A DNA stretch of 32,000 nt, taken from Prochlorococcus marinus subsp. pastoris str. CCMP1986 (lineage in GTDB: Bacteria; Cyanobacteriota; Cyanobacteriia; PCC-6307; Cyanobiaceae). Shown one piece after another: positions 17,292 through 29,017 of this stretch (position 1 is its first letter; the number at the start of each line of letters is the position of its first letter). The stretch is taken from contig NC_005072.1 in NCBI RefSeq assembly GCF_000011465.1, positions 1,110,001-1,142,000 of the forward strand. The letters run 5' to 3'. The notes under the pieces are model-generated. The model did no database searches and was not told the DNA's origin. It saw nothing but the letters and a program-made list of their open reading frames with translations. Both the position numbers and the translations under genes were made by a program.

Positions 17292-18233
17292 CTAAATATT
17301 AGTCTTAGTATTTGAAAATTCCCATATAGACTTTCTCTGGCTGACAAAGAAAACTGATATTAGGACAAAAACCACTCCTATCCATTGAACGATTGTTAAT
17401 CTTTCATTTAGGTAAACACCACCACTGAGGAGCGCAAATATTGGAGTTAAAAATGCAAGAGTGCTAAATCCTGTTATTTCTTTATTATTCGCAAAATAGA
17501 AAAATAAACCATATGCCAAAGCGCCCCCAAAGATACTTGCAAATGACATCAGTCCCCAATCAAATATTGACCAATTTGGTATCAATTGAAAATTTGTTTG
17601 TAAGCAATGTTTTATAATAAGAGGGACACTACCCAAAACCATATGCCATCCAGTTACTGCAACAGGATCACTTTTAGTACATGTAAATCTTATCAAAATT
17701 GTTCCAAGTGCCATTGCTAGAGAGGCTCCAAGCATCCATAATTCTCCTACATTAAATGCGATGTCAATAATACTCTTATCAGACATTAGCCACCAACTCT
17801 CCAAAAGTTCTTTTGGAACTCCTAAAAAAATTATTCCACCTAAGCCAAAAAGTAACCCTAACCATCCAATTGGATTAATTAAATTACCAAAAATCGCTCT
17901 TGCTAAGAGTGCTACAATCAAAGGCTGAGAATCAATCAAAACAGAGCCAAGACCTGCACCTGTCTTAGATATCCCATATGTTAAAAATAATTGAAAAAAA
18001 GTTGCGTCTACGATTGTAAAAACCAAAAACCATTTCAAATCACACTTATAAATTTTTAAATCTCTTTTTAATAAATATGTTGTAATAAGAACAAGGATCC
18101 CGGCAGGTAGAAGTCTTAATGAAGCGACAAACTCAGGGCCAGCACTAGAGACTAGAGGGGTCATAGCTGCCATTGAAGTCCCCCAGAGAGCAAAAGGGAG
18201 TATCATTAAAAACCAATTTAGGATTGAATTCAT
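17292..18233 (-). CDS. EamA/DMT-family transporter
   Basis: ~10 TM helices, ALWGTSMAAM start and YFFYFANNKEITGFSTLAFLTPIFALLSGGVYLNERLT C-terminal EamA motif. Confidence 0.88.
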   Translation of the reverse strand: MNSILNWFLMILPFALWGTSMAAMTPLVSSAGPEFVASLRLLPAGILVLITTYLLKRDLKIYKCDLKWFLVFTIVDATFFQLFLTYGISKTGAGLGSVLIDSQPLIVALLARAIFGNLINPIGWLGLLFGLGGIIFLGVPKELLESWWLMSDKSIIDIAFNVGELWMLGASLAMALGTILIRFTCTKSDPVAVTGWHMVLGSVPLIIKHCLQTNFQLIPNWSIFDWGLMSFASIFGGALAYGLFFYFANNKEITGFSTLAFLTPIFALLSGGVYLNERLTIVQWIGVVFVLISVFFVSQRKSIWEFSNTKTNI

Positions 18234-18286
18234 TAGTTCTGCTGATAGTCTTTTTAAAGTAGATTTATGATTTGTACCTTAAAAGA

Positions 18287-19096
18287 ATGATTTGGCCTTT
18301 TAGACGTAAGTCAAAAAAAAGAATGGCTCGTATAGTAATTGATGAGCCAATAACAAGTTCAACAAGAGTTTCTGTCCTTAAAGCTCTAAAACAAATTGAG
18401 GATAGAGAATTCCCTGCATTAATACTTAGAATCGACTCCCCTGGAGGTACCGTCGGCGATAGTCAAGAAATATACTCTGCTATTAAAAGACTTAAAGAGA
18501 AAGGTTGTAAAGTCGTCGCAAGTTTTGGAAACATATCAGCTTCCGGTGGAGTATATATCGGTGTAGCCTCCGACAAAATTGTAGCGAACCCAGGAACTAT
18601 AACGGGTTCGATTGGGGTAATAATAAGAGGAAATAATTTATCTGAACTTTTGAATAAAATTGGTATTAAGTTTGAGACGGTAAAAAGCGGAATTTATAAA
18701 GATATTCTTTCCCCAGATAAGCCTTTAAGTAAGGAAGGGAGAGAACTTTTACAAGGATTAATCAATGAGAGTTACAAACAATTCACTGAGGCTGTATCTG
18801 AAGGTAGAAATTTACTTGTAGACGATGTAAAGAAATTTGCTGATGGAAGAATCTTTACTGGAACACAAGCAAAAGATCTTGGATTAGTTGACAAGATTGG
18901 AGATGAGTTTGTTGCAAGGGAGCTTGCAGCAGAGATGGTAAATATCGATCCAAAAATACAACCGGTAACTTTTGGTAAGAAGAAAAAGAAAATATTAGGG
19001 CTTATACCAGGGAGTAGAATTGTAGAAAAAATTATTCATAATATATTTTTTGAAGTAAATTCATCTAATAAAATACTTTGGTTATATAAACCTTAA
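18287..19096 (+). CDS. sppA: Signal peptide peptidase SppA-type serine protease
   Basis: LRIDSPGGTVGDSQEIY, FGNISASGGVYI (catalytic Ser), QGLINESYKQFTEAVSEGR; probable ATG at 18287 rather than TTG 18272. Confidence 0.93.
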   Translation: MIWPFRRKSKKRMARIVIDEPITSSTRVSVLKALKQIEDREFPALILRIDSPGGTVGDSQEIYSAIKRLKEKGCKVVASFGNISASGGVYIGVASDKIVANPGTITGSIGVIIRGNNLSELLNKIGIKFETVKSGIYKDILSPDKPLSKEGRELLQGLINESYKQFTEAVSEGRNLLVDDVKKFADGRIFTGTQAKDLGLVDKIGDEFVARELAAEMVNIDPKIQPVTFGKKKKKILGLIPGSRIVEKIIHNIFFEVNSSNKILWLYKP

Positions 19097-19103
19097 ATCC
19101 GTT

Positions 19104-19487
19104 ATGATTGAAAAATTTGAAGGAAATTACCAATTAACAATCATAAGAGGGGCTACGAATGCAAAAGATAATTCTGTAAAAGAAATCGAGAGTGCTGTAG
19201 TTGAATTAATCGAAGAATTAATTACAAGAAATAATATCGTTGTAAATAATTTGTTATCAATTACATTTACTGTGACAAATGATTTAGATGCATGTTTTCC
19301 TGCTTCCATTGCAAGAAAATGTAAAAGTCTTGATTCAGTAGCGTTCTTAGACTGCCAACAAATGTACGTTCCAAATGATATTGATTTTTGCATTAGATTA
19401 ATGGCACAAGTTTTGTTACCTGCGGATCAAACTGTTAATCATCCTTATTTAAGATGCGCTTCAAAATTAAGGGCTGATAGATGTTAA
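19104..19487 (+). CDS. aroH: Chorismate mutase, AroH type
   Basis: IRGATNAKDNSVKEIESAVVELIEELI, TVTNDLDACFPASIARK. Confidence 0.95.
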   Translation: MIEKFEGNYQLTIIRGATNAKDNSVKEIESAVVELIEELITRNNIVVNNLLSITFTVTNDLDACFPASIARKCKSLDSVAFLDCQQMYVPNDIDFCIRLMAQVLLPADQTVNHPYLRCASKLRADRC

Positions 19488-19552
19488 TCTTATTAAAACA
19501 ATTCTCTCTATAAACTCGATAGTTAAATAACCAATCATCTATTTATCTAAAC

Positions 19553-20128
19553 ATGATGTTTAACAAACAAAAAAAATTAATTTTAAATTTAAAAATTTTA
19601 AAGCTGCTATTTTTTTCACCTTTGTTGATTTCAATTCCATTTTATCTTGGGAATAGTGATGCAAAGGCAGGATTAGAATTTCAATGGGATCAAGATTCAG
19701 GATATAGAAGATTAAAGTGGTTCCAAAAAGAAAACAAAAAAAGATTTAGAAATACAATCTTTTTCTTTTTAAGACCTTCTGATAGGCAAGCAAATCTTCT
19801 TAAAATTACATTAAACATTCCCAAAACATTCGATTCAACTCTTAAGGATAAAGTAAGTTTTTGTAAGGTAAAAATAGGAGGCTTTGAAGGTCGTACCAAA
19901 TGTATAGAAGATATTCCTGCAGATGTAGATATAAATGAAGATAATTCATCACTAGATATATATCCTTATAGCCCAATCCCTTCAAATAAAGATAGTTACG
20001 CGATTGTTTTTAAAAAAATATCTAATCCTAAAAAGTCTGGTCTTAAGCAATTCCATTCTTATGGTCAGTATGCTCAAAAGAATACCTCTTCAAGATATTT
20101 AGGAAGCTGGACTATAGTGATCGATTAA
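19553..20128 (+). CDS. DUF2808-domain exported protein
   Basis: Signal peptide; YRRLKWFQKENKKRFRNTIFFFLRPSDRQANLLKITLNIPKTF. Confidence 0.82.
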   Translation: MMFNKQKKLILNLKILKLLFFSPLLISIPFYLGNSDAKAGLEFQWDQDSGYRRLKWFQKENKKRFRNTIFFFLRPSDRQANLLKITLNIPKTFDSTLKDKVSFCKVKIGGFEGRTKCIEDIPADVDINEDNSSLDIYPYSPIPSNKDSYAIVFKKISNPKKSGLKQFHSYGQYAQKNTSSRYLGSWTIVID

Positions 20129-20158
20129 GTGATAAATTAATAAAGGATAATAAAAAAA

Positions 20159-20296
20159 ATGACAAAAAGAACATTCGGCGGAACATCAAGGAAAAGAAAA
20201 CGTGTATCTGGTTTTAGAGTAAGAATGCGTTCTCATACAGGAAGAAGAGTTATTAAAAGCAGAAGAAAAAGAGGTAGAGAGAGAATAGCAGTTTAA
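20159..20296 (+). CDS. rpmH: 50S ribosomal protein L34
   Basis: Manual translation [45 protein letters not shown]; immediately upstream of rnpA. Confidence 0.98.
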   Translation: MTKRTFGGTSRKRKRVSGFRVRMRSHTGRRVIKSRRKRGRERIAV

Positions 20297-20306
20297 CTAT
20301 TTTTTT

Positions 20307-20696
20307 ATGATGGCCTTGCCCAAAGCTATGCGTTTAAAAGGTCATAGGACTTTTGATTATATTCATAAAAATTCTGTTAAATATTATGGGAAGTTAATTA
20401 CTTTCAAAATAGCAAGAGCAAATCCAAAAATTCTCATGTCCCATAATAATGTTCATAGTTTAAATAATTTTAAAGTTGCCATATCTATAAGTAAGAAAGT
20501 ATCAAAAAAAGCAGTAGAAAGAAATAAACTTAGGAGAATATTGCAGGATTCTTTATTAAAAAATTTCAGCCTGCAGAATAACCACAAACCTTATTGGTTA
20601 CTTGTTAACCTTAAAGCTGGTAATTTCTACAATGATAAGATAAATCTATTGGAGGAATTTCAATACCTAATTTTTAAGTCAGGTTTATTTAAATGA
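20307..20696 (+). CDS. rnpA: Ribonuclease P protein component
   Basis: Position after rpmH; VAISIKKVSKKAVERNKLRRILQDS-like motif (sequence: FKVAISISKKVSKKAVERNKLRRIL). Confidence 0.95.
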   Translation: MMALPKAMRLKGHRTFDYIHKNSVKYYGKLITFKIARANPKILMSHNNVHSLNNFKVAISISKKVSKKAVERNKLRRILQDSLLKNFSLQNNHKPYWLLVNLKAGNFYNDKINLLEEFQYLIFKSGLFK

Positions 20697-21106
20697 TTAA
20701 CATTAATGAAGAATCGTTTTATGAGGGTGGCCCAGCTCGAAGTGATTTAATAATCAATTTATTTGCTGGTCTAACTCTTCTTGGTCTTCCATTCACATTT
20801 GCTGCAATAGTAAGAGCTTTATGGTTAAGATATAAAATTACCAATAAAAGAATAACTATTGATGGGGGATGGTTTGGCAAAAATAAAACTCAGGTATCTT
20901 TAAGCAATATTGAAGAGATAAGATCTATCCCGAGAGGATTTGGATCTTATGGAGACATGGTTTTAATACTCAACGATGGCTCTAAAGTTGAAATGAAATC
21001 TTTACCTTTATTTAGAGAAAAACAAAAGTTTATTGAGGAAAATATGGTTAAAAGATCACAAACATTAAATCTTAATGAGGTTGAGGGATTTGCTACTAAA
21101 TCTTGA
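20693..21106 (+). CDS. PH-domain (YdbT/bPH2-like) protein
   Basis: RYKITNKRITIDGGWFGKNKTQVSLSNIEEIRSIPRGFGSYGDMVLILNDG; ATGA overlap with rnpA. Confidence 0.82.
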   Translation: MININEESFYEGGPARSDLIINLFAGLTLLGLPFTFAAIVRALWLRYKITNKRITIDGGWFGKNKTQVSLSNIEEIRSIPRGFGSYGDMVLILNDGSKVEMKSLPLFREKQKFIEENMVKRSQTLNLNEVEGFATKS

Positions 21107-21178
21107 TTAAATTAATTACAAAAGTTTTATTATCCTGTAAAATAAAGTGTCAAATAAATTCAATTCTTCTTTAATATC

Positions 21179-22318
21179 GTGATCGGGTTCATTTCAGAAA
21201 AATTATTAATCCCGATTCTAGATTTTTTCTACGGGTTAGTCCCTAGTTATGGTTTGGCCATTGTTGCATTAACAGTCGTAATTAGAATAGCTCTATTCCC
21301 GCTAAGCGCAGGTTCTATTAGAAGCGCTAGGAGGATGAAAATAGCACAACCTGTAATGCAAAAGAGGCAAGCAGAAATAAAGTCTAAATTTTCAAGTGAT
21401 CCAAAGAAACAGCAAGAAGAATTGGGCAAATTAATGAATGAATTTGGTAGTCCTCTAGCAGGATGTTTACCTTTAATAGTTCAAATGCCTGTTTTATTTG
21501 CATTATTTGCAACTTTAAGAGGATCACCTTTCGCAGATGTCCCATACAACATAAATTTAAAAGTTCTACCACAAGATCAAATTGCCGCTATTGACCCGAA
21601 GCCATATAAATCCCCGAGACATTCAATATTTGTAACAGAAAAATCCCATTTTCCTGTCATTGCTACCCTTCCTAACGGTACAAAATTGGGTTCTGAAGAA
21701 TCAGTTAAGATAAACTTGCAGACAACAAATGGGAACAACTATTCTGAAGTACTATCAAATTATGATAATGGTTCAAGATTTCTTCCTACTTGGACAGTGT
21801 CAAAAGGTTCAGAAAACATTAAAGTTTCTCAAGACGGATTAGTTACCGCAATCAAGCCAGGGGATGCAACAATTGAAGCTAAAATACCTGGATTAGCGGC
21901 AAAAAGCGGGTTTTTGTTTATTAAAGCACTTGGACAGGTTGGGTTTTATGTAGACGGTTCAATCAATTGGGATATAGCTACTTTAGTTGGAGCTTTCGGT
22001 TTAACCTTGCTTCTCTCACAAGTTTTATCTAGTCAAGGGATGCCTTCAAACGCGCAACAATCTACTGCTAATAAAATTACTCCTGTAATGATTACGGGTA
22101 TGTTTTTGTTTTTTCCTTTACCAGCTGGAGTATTACTTTATATGGTTGTAGCGAACATATTCCAGGCGTTTCAGACTTTTCTGCTAAACAAAGAAGCTCT
22201 TCCAGCAAACTTACAAAAAATTCTTGATGATCAATTAACAGGCAAAAATAAAGTAATACCCTCTACTGCCAACATCTCAGATAAAAGATTACCATTTGAA
22301 CCTAATAACAAAAAATAG
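21179..22318 (+). CDS. yidC: Membrane protein insertase YidC with periplasmic Ig-like (Big) insertion
   Basis: [50 protein letters not shown], and [27 protein letters not shown]. Confidence 0.96.
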   Translation: MIGFISEKLLIPILDFFYGLVPSYGLAIVALTVVIRIALFPLSAGSIRSARRMKIAQPVMQKRQAEIKSKFSSDPKKQQEELGKLMNEFGSPLAGCLPLIVQMPVLFALFATLRGSPFADVPYNINLKVLPQDQIAAIDPKPYKSPRHSIFVTEKSHFPVIATLPNGTKLGSEESVKINLQTTNGNNYSEVLSNYDNGSRFLPTWTVSKGSENIKVSQDGLVTAIKPGDATIEAKIPGLAAKSGFLFIKALGQVGFYVDGSINWDIATLVGAFGLTLLLSQVLSSQGMPSNAQQSTANKITPVMITGMFLFFPLPAGVLLYMVVANIFQAFQTFLLNKEALPANLQKILDDQLTGKNKVIPSTANISDKRLPFEPNNKK

Positions 22319-22338
22319 TTTTTCTTTTTAGATAGATA

Positions 22339-23805
22339 ATGGATTCTTGGAGTAGAAATTTCGAATTACTTATAAACTCCAGAACTCCTTTAATTTGGAT
22401 AAGAACAAAAGAAGAAGAAAGATTATACAAAGTTATTGATAAATCATGTAAAAAATTAAATATTAAAAGATTCGTATCTTGGGATTGTGTTAATGGCATC
22501 AAAGGAGTATTAAATGAAAATGGCAAATTTTCGAACAATCCGCTGGGAGTTCTTAATTGGATAAAGGCACAAACGTCTGAAATACCTACAATTTTATTGG
22601 TAAGAGATTTTCATAAATTTTATGATGATCCATCTATCAGTAGAACAATAAAAGAATTATCATCTTCACTTAGAGAAACGAACAATAACCTAATTCTTAG
22701 TTCACATATATTGCCATCATCTGAAGAACTTGATGATTTAATTACAATACTCAACTTACCTCTACCTGATTTAAGTGAATTGACAGCTCTTATAAAAAAA
22801 ATTGCTTTTAATACTGATTCTGATTTAAGCGAACAAGACCTAAACGAGCTTGCAATAGCTTCAAGTGGATTAAGCGAAATAAAAGTTAAGCAAGTAACAG
22901 CAAAAGCACTCGCTCAAAGAGGAAAAATAAGTAAATTTGATATCAAAGATATTCTTGAAGAGAAAAAACAGGTTATTGCTAGAAGTGAAATATTAGAATT
23001 TTGTGAAAGTAAGTCAAGTCAAAATGATATTGGAGGTTTGAAATTATTAAAAACTTGGCTTAAACAAAGATATAGAGCTTTTTCAAAAGAAGCCCAAGAA
23101 TACGGATTGCCAATTCCTAAAGGTGTCTTATTAGTTGGGCCACAAGGAACTGGGAAATCTTTAACAGCCAAATCAATTTCTGAAAGCTGGTCGATGCCTC
23201 TTCTTAGACTTGATGTCGGTAGATTATTTTCAAGTCTTGTAGGGTCAAGTGAGGCAAGAACAAGAGAGACAATTTCAAGAGCAGAAGCAATGTCACCATG
23301 CATCCTATGGATTGATGAAATTGATAAGGGATTTGGTGGAGATGCTAGAAGTGATGGAGGAACTAGTCAAAGAGTTTTAGCTAGTTTGCTAACTTGGATG
23401 GCAGAAAAAGAATCAGCAGTATTTGTAATTGCTACCGCTAATGCTATCGATAAGCTCCCAGCAGAATTATTGAGGAAAGGTAGATTTGATGAAATATTTT
23501 TTCTTGATTTACCAAATTCTGAAGAAAGATTGAGCATTCTTGATTTGCACCTTAAGAAAAGGAGACCTAGCTATAGTTTTCCTCTTTCAACAATAATTGA
23601 TCGAACAGATGGATATTCAGGAGCGGAACTTGAGCAAGCAGTTATAGAGGGTATGCACTTTTCATTCTCTGAAAATAGAGAATTAATGGAAAAAGATTTA
23701 ATTAAAGCTGTTTCTGAATTAGTGCCGTTATCACGCACAGCTAAAGAGCAAATAGATTTATTAAAAGAATGGTCTTCTACAGGCCGAGCTCGTTCTGCAT
23801 CTTAG
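22339..23805 (+). CDS. AAA+ ATPase, Ycf46-like
   Basis: GVLLVGPQGTGKSLTAKSI Walker A, CILWIDEIDKG Walker B, GTSQRVLASLLTWMAEKESAVFVIATANAID. Confidence 0.92.
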   Translation: MDSWSRNFELLINSRTPLIWIRTKEEERLYKVIDKSCKKLNIKRFVSWDCVNGIKGVLNENGKFSNNPLGVLNWIKAQTSEIPTILLVRDFHKFYDDPSISRTIKELSSSLRETNNNLILSSHILPSSEELDDLITILNLPLPDLSELTALIKKIAFNTDSDLSEQDLNELAIASSGLSEIKVKQVTAKALAQRGKISKFDIKDILEEKKQVIARSEILEFCESKSSQNDIGGLKLLKTWLKQRYRAFSKEAQEYGLPIPKGVLLVGPQGTGKSLTAKSISESWSMPLLRLDVGRLFSSLVGSSEARTRETISRAEAMSPCILWIDEIDKGFGGDARSDGGTSQRVLASLLTWMAEKESAVFVIATANAIDKLPAELLRKGRFDEIFFLDLPNSEERLSILDLHLKKRRPSYSFPLSTIIDRTDGYSGAELEQAVIEGMHFSFSENRELMEKDLIKAVSELVPLSRTAKEQIDLLKEWSSTGRARSAS

Positions 23806-23929
23806 TTTCTTTTTAATTTAAAAATGTAAATTAAGTTAGTAATCTATGTATTTAATTAATTTTTCATCAAAAAGCTCTGATAATGATTTGAGATAAACTA
23901 TCTTATTAAGATATGAAAAATTAAAAAGA

Positions 23930-25204
23930 GTGTTAGATCAAAAATTAATAAGAGAAAATCCAACATTTGTAGAAGATAATTTATCCTTAAGAGGTAAAGT
24001 TTATGATATAGCTCGCATACGTGAACTAAGTTTAGAGAGAAAAGAAATTGACACCGAAATATCAAGTCTGCAATCAGAAAGTAAAAAATTAAGCAAAATA
24101 ATTGGCCAAGAAATAAGAAATTCTAATATTAATTCTAAGGAACTCAATGAATTAAAAGATAAGGGAAATAAATACAGAATAAAAGTTTCTGAATTTGAAG
24201 AACAAAAAAGAATTCTAGACAAACAACTTCAAGATGAAATATCAAAATTACCTAATTTACCAAGTAAAGATGCACCTCTTGGAGAAAATGAAAATAATAA
24301 TATTCAAATTAAAGAATGGGGAGATCCTCTAACAAAAGATAATCTCAAAGCTCACTGGGAGATAGGTGAAAATTTAAATCTATTTGATTCCGTAAAGTCA
24401 ACCAAAATTTCAAAAAGTCGTTTTATTACCCTTACAGGAAATGGAGCAAGGTTGGAGAGGGCTCTAGTTAATTTCATGCTAGATGTTCATTCAAATAACG
24501 GGTACTTAGAATTAATGCCTCCAGCTTTAGTTAATTCAGAAAGTCTTCAAGGATCTGGCCAACTTCCAAAATTTTCAAATGAAAGTTTTAAGTGTGCTAA
24601 TGACGATTTATGGCTCTCTCCAACAGCAGAAGTTCCTCTGACTGCTTTTCATAAAAATGAGATTATTGATCCAAAAATTTTGCCTTTAAAGTATGTAGCT
24701 TACAGCCCTTGTTTTAGAAGAGAAGCGGGTAGTTATGGAAGGGATACAAAAGGATTAATAAGACTTCATCAATTTAATAAGGTTGAATTATATTGGTTTT
24801 GTCATCCAAATAAATCACTAGAGGCTCATAAAGAGATAACGGCAGATGCAGAAAGTATCCTAAAAAAGCTCAACTTGCCCTACAGATCAGTAGATATTTG
24901 CACTGGAGATTTAGGTTTTTCTTCTAGCAGAACTTTCGATCTTGAAGTTTGGCTGCCGAGCAGTCAATGTTATAGAGAAATATCTAGTTGCAGTAATTGC
25001 CTAGACTTTCAAGCTCGTAGATCATCAATAAGAACAAAAATTGATAAGAAAACTTCTTATATCCACACTTTAAATGGAAGTGGTTTAGCTATTGGAAGAA
25101 CAATGGCAGCAATTCTTGAAAACGGCCAACAACTTGATGGAAGTGTAAAAATTCCTGATGCTCTTGTTCCATACTTTGGATCATCTTTCATAAAAACTAC
25201 CTAA
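23930..25204 (+). CDS. serS: Serine-tRNA ligase
   Basis: [11 protein letters not shown]..., [42 protein letters not shown]. Confidence 0.98.
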   Translation: MLDQKLIRENPTFVEDNLSLRGKVYDIARIRELSLERKEIDTEISSLQSESKKLSKIIGQEIRNSNINSKELNELKDKGNKYRIKVSEFEEQKRILDKQLQDEISKLPNLPSKDAPLGENENNNIQIKEWGDPLTKDNLKAHWEIGENLNLFDSVKSTKISKSRFITLTGNGARLERALVNFMLDVHSNNGYLELMPPALVNSESLQGSGQLPKFSNESFKCANDDLWLSPTAEVPLTAFHKNEIIDPKILPLKYVAYSPCFRREAGSYGRDTKGLIRLHQFNKVELYWFCHPNKSLEAHKEITADAESILKKLNLPYRSVDICTGDLGFSSSRTFDLEVWLPSSQCYREISSCSNCLDFQARRSSIRTKIDKKTSYIHTLNGSGLAIGRTMAAILENGQQLDGSVKIPDALVPYFGSSFIKTT

Positions 25205-25213
25205 TATAAAATA

Positions 25214-26293
25214 ATGAATGTTTTAACCTCAATAACTGTACTAGGATTTCTTATTTTCTTTCATGAATTGGGTCATTTTCTAGCTGCAATATTCCAAGGA
25301 ATTTACGTTGACGGTTTTTCTATTGGATTTGGTCCTTCAATAATACAAAAAAAATATAAGGGTATCACTTACTCTTTTAGAGCCTTTCCTTTAGGAGGAT
25401 TTGTTTCCTTCCCTGATGAAGAAATCAATAACATTGACCCAGAAGACCCAAACCTTTTAAAGAATAGGCCAATAATCCAAAGAGTAATTGTAATATCTGC
25501 TGGAGTATTTGCTAACTTACTTCTTGCTTATACAATTCTAATTTTAAATGTAACTACTATTGGAATTCCCTTTGATCCAGAACCAGGGATTTTAGTTTTG
25601 GCAACTCAACCAGAAAAAGCTGCTTTTAAAGCCGGTTTAGAAGCTGGGGATAAAATATTAAAAATAGATGACAATGTATTAGGTGTTGGTGATCAAGCAG
25701 TAGCGTCTCTGGTAGAAAGAATCCAAAGTTCATCAGAAGAATCAATACCAATTGAAATTGAGAGAGAGAACTCATATCAAAAATTAACTCTAATTCCTCA
25801 AAATATTGATGGGAAAGGGACCATTGGAGCTCAGTTACAACCAAATATTAAAAAAGAAACAAAAAAAACCAAAAATATTAATGAACTTTTTCAATACACT
25901 AATAATGAGTTTTCATCCCTTTTAATAAAAACAATCCAAGGTTATAAAGGACTAATTACAAATTTCTCATCAACAGCTCAACAATTAAGTGGGCCAGTGA
26001 AAATTGTTGAAATTGGAGCTCAGTTATCAGAGCAAGGTGGTACTGGAATATTATTATTTGCTGCATTGATATCTATAAATTTGGCTGTTCTGAACTCTCT
26101 TCCTCTACCACTTCTTGATGGAGGTCAACTTGTATTTACTCTTATTGAAGGATTAAGAGGAAAACCCGTCCCAGTTAAAATTCAAATAGCCGTAACTCAA
26201 TCAAGCTTTTTTCTTTTGGTAGGACTAAGCGTTTTATTAATAATTAGAGATACTAGTCAATTACTCATAGTTCAAAGATTTCTTAATCAATAA
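25214..26293 (+). CDS. rseP: RIP-type intramembrane metalloprotease
   Basis: FFHELGHFLAA zinc motif, PDZ domain, LAVLNSLPLPLLDGGQL. Confidence 0.96.
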   Translation: MNVLTSITVLGFLIFFHELGHFLAAIFQGIYVDGFSIGFGPSIIQKKYKGITYSFRAFPLGGFVSFPDEEINNIDPEDPNLLKNRPIIQRVIVISAGVFANLLLAYTILILNVTTIGIPFDPEPGILVLATQPEKAAFKAGLEAGDKILKIDDNVLGVGDQAVASLVERIQSSSEESIPIEIERENSYQKLTLIPQNIDGKGTIGAQLQPNIKKETKKTKNINELFQYTNNEFSSLLIKTIQGYKGLITNFSSTAQQLSGPVKIVEIGAQLSEQGGTGILLFAALISINLAVLNSLPLPLLDGGQLVFTLIEGLRGKPVPVKIQIAVTQSSFFLLVGLSVLLIIRDTSQLLIVQRFLNQ

Positions 26294-26358
26294 CTTATTT
26301 TTTTATTTTTGATAGTTCAGCTGTTAATATAATATATATGTTTTGAAGAAAAATTTTA

Positions 26359-26661
26359 ATGGCTAAAAAATCAATGATTGCTAGAGAAGTTAAACGTAAA
26401 AAACTAGTAAAAAAATATGCTACCAAGAGGAAATCATTATTAGATGAATTTAATGCTGCTAAAGATCCTATGGAAAGATTAGAAATACATAGAAAGATAC
26501 AAGGACTTCCAAGGAACTCAGCTCCCACAAGAGTTAGGAATAGATGTTGGGCTACAGGTAAACCAAGAGGTGTGTATAGAGATTTTGGATTATGCAGAAA
26601 TCAGTTAAGGCTAAGAGCTCATAATGGGGAATTACCTGGAGTAGTAAAATCTAGCTGGTAA
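26359..26661 (+). CDS. rpsN: 30S ribosomal protein S14
   Basis: [17 protein letters not shown]...[25 protein letters not shown]. Confidence 0.98.
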   Translation: MAKKSMIAREVKRKKLVKKYATKRKSLLDEFNAAKDPMERLEIHRKIQGLPRNSAPTRVRNRCWATGKPRGVYRDFGLCRNQLRLRAHNGELPGVVKSSW

Positions 26662-26851
26662 TTAAAAAAATATTGTAGATTTTAAGATATTCACTATTTC
26701 TTATATTTTAGAAAAAACCTAGTTATTCCAATCGATTAAAGTTGATAACCAGACTATCAACAGAATTATTTTAAAACCTTATTTAATAAATCTCTCAATA
26801 TGTACCTACGAGATGTAAGAATAAATTATGTATAGAATTATAATTTAAAAA

Positions 26852-29017
26852 GTGGAAGGAAAAAATACGTCGATCACGTTTGACGGACGAGAGATACGAC
26901 TAACTACAGGACTATATGCTCCTCAAGCTGGTGGAGCTGTAATGATTGAATGTGGAGACACATCTTTATTAGTCACAGCAACAAAAACAACGAAAAAGCA
27001 AGCTGCAGACTTTCTCCCTCTAATATGTGATTATGAGGAAAAGTTGTATGCTGCCGGAAGAATTCCAGGCGGGTTCATGAGAAGAGAGGGCAGACCTCCT
27101 GAAAGAGCAACATTAATAGCAAGGTTAATAGATAGACCAATGAGGCCTCTTTTCCCATCTTGGATGAGAGATGAGATACAAATAGTTGCTTCTTGCCTTT
27201 CCCTTGATGAAAGGGTACCTGCAGATGTTCTAGGCGTAACAGGAGCCTCAATTGCAACCTTGTTAGCAGAAATACCATTCTACGGACCAATGGCTGCTGT
27301 AAGAGTAGGGCTAATAGGAGATGACTTTATTTTAAATCCAAGCTACAGAGAAATAGAAAAAGGTGATTTAGATATTGTTGTGGCAGGATCTCCAGAGGGA
27401 ATTGTGATGATTGAGGCAGGTGCCAATCAACTTTCGGAACAAGATACTATTGAGGCCATAGATTTCGGTTATGAGGCTGTAAGCGAACTAATTAAAGCTC
27501 AAGAAAATCTTCTTAAAGACTTAGGAATAAAACAGGTTAAGCCTTTAGAACCAGAAGAAGATAAAGCATTAGCAACATATTTAGAGAAAAACTGTACTAA
27601 GCCAATTGATCTAATCTTAAAGAAATTTGATCAATCTAAAGAAGAGAGAGATCTTGAATTAGATAAAATAGAACTTGAAGTGCAAACAAAAATTGATTCA
27701 CTTAAAGATGATAATCAATTAAAAGTTCTTACTTCAGAGAATGAAAAACTAATACATTCTGACTTCAAAAAGTTAACCAAAAAATTAATGAGGTCACAAA
27801 TAATTAATGAAGGAAAAAGAGTTGATGGAAGAGATCTTGACGAAGTTAGAAAAATATCAGCATCTGCTGGAATACTTCCGAAAAGAGTTCACGGGTCTGC
27901 ATTATTTCAAAGAGGTTTAACACAAGTATTATCTACTACAACACTTGGAACTCCTAGTGATGCTCAAGAGATGGATGATCTAAACCCAAGTACTGAGAAA
28001 ACTTATTTGCATCATTATAATTTCCCTCCTTACTCAGTTGGAGAGACTAGACCAATGAGAACTCCTGGGAGAAGAGAGATAGGTCATGGTGCACTAGCAG
28101 AAAGAGCAATAACTCCCGTATTACCAGGTAAAGAGACTTTTCCATATGTCTTAAGAGTAGTCAGTGAAGTACTGAGCTCCAATGGATCCACCTCTATGGG
28201 ATCAGTATGTGGAAGTACACTTTCATTACTTGACGCTGGAGTTCCCCTCAAGGCTCCAGTAAGTGGTACTGCAATGGGTTTAATTAAAGAGGGTAAAGAG
28301 GTCAGAATCCTTACAGATATTCAGGGAATTGAGGATTTTCTTGGAGATATGGACTTCAAAGTGGCTGGCACTGAGAAAGGTATCACTGCTCTACAAATGG
28401 ATATGAAAATTACGGGCTTACCCGTTTCTGTAATTTCTGATGCAATCAAAAAAGCCCGACCAGCAAGATTACATATTCTTGAAAAAATGCAAGAGGCCAT
28501 TGATAAACCTCAAGAATCATTGTCACCACATGCTCCAAGGCTTTTAAGTTTTAGGATTGATCCAGAACTTATAGGTACTGTTATCGGTCCGGGAGGGAGA
28601 ACTATTAAAGGAATTACTGAAAGAACTAATACAAAAATAGATATTGAAGACGGAGGAATCGTAACTATTGCTTCTCATGACGGCGCTGCAGCTGAAGAAG
28701 CTCAAAAGATAATAGAGGGTTTAACTCGAAAAGTACACGAAGGAGAGATCTTTCCAGGTGTTGTTACAAGGATCATTCCAATAGGTGCTTTTGTTGAAAT
28801 CCTTCCAGGGAAAGAAGGGATGGTGCATATTTCTCAATTATCTGAAGCAAGAGTTGAGAGAGTTGAAGATGTGGTTAGACAGGGAGATGAGGTGACAGTT
28901 AGAGTTCGTGAAATTGATAGCAGAGGAAGGATTAATCTCACATTAAGAGGTGTAGCTCAGAACGGAGGGATGTCATATCCAGAACCTACTCCTACACCTG
29001 TTGCTCCTCTTAATTAA
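26852..29017 (+). CDS. pnp: Polyribonucleotide nucleotidyltransferase
   Basis: [30 protein letters not shown]-terminal KH ([11 protein letters not shown]) and S1 domains; GTG start. Confidence 0.98.
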   Translation: MEGKNTSITFDGREIRLTTGLYAPQAGGAVMIECGDTSLLVTATKTTKKQAADFLPLICDYEEKLYAAGRIPGGFMRREGRPPERATLIARLIDRPMRPLFPSWMRDEIQIVASCLSLDERVPADVLGVTGASIATLLAEIPFYGPMAAVRVGLIGDDFILNPSYREIEKGDLDIVVAGSPEGIVMIEAGANQLSEQDTIEAIDFGYEAVSELIKAQENLLKDLGIKQVKPLEPEEDKALATYLEKNCTKPIDLILKKFDQSKEERDLELDKIELEVQTKIDSLKDDNQLKVLTSENEKLIHSDFKKLTKKLMRSQIINEGKRVDGRDLDEVRKISASAGILPKRVHGSALFQRGLTQVLSTTTLGTPSDAQEMDDLNPSTEKTYLHHYNFPPYSVGETRPMRTPGRREIGHGALAERAITPVLPGKETFPYVLRVVSEVLSSNGSTSMGSVCGSTLSLLDAGVPLKAPVSGTAMGLIKEGKEVRILTDIQGIEDFLGDMDFKVAGTEKGITALQMDMKITGLPVSVISDAIKKARPARLHILEKMQEAIDKPQESLSPHAPRLLSFRIDPELIGTVIGPGGRTIKGITERTNTKIDIEDGGIVTIASHDGAAAEEAQKIIEGLTRKVHEGEIFPGVVTRIIPIGAFVEILPGKEGMVHISQLSEARVERVEDVVRQGDEVTVRVREIDSRGRINLTLRGVAQNGGMSYPEPTPTPVAPLN

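Noticed and set aside
19127-19393. Reverse ORF inside aroH
   Set aside because: Shadow ORF of a confidently identified gene.
23019-23303. Reverse 94-aa ORF inside the Ycf46-like ATPase
   Set aside because: Antisense to the Walker A/B region; coding constraint explains its openness.
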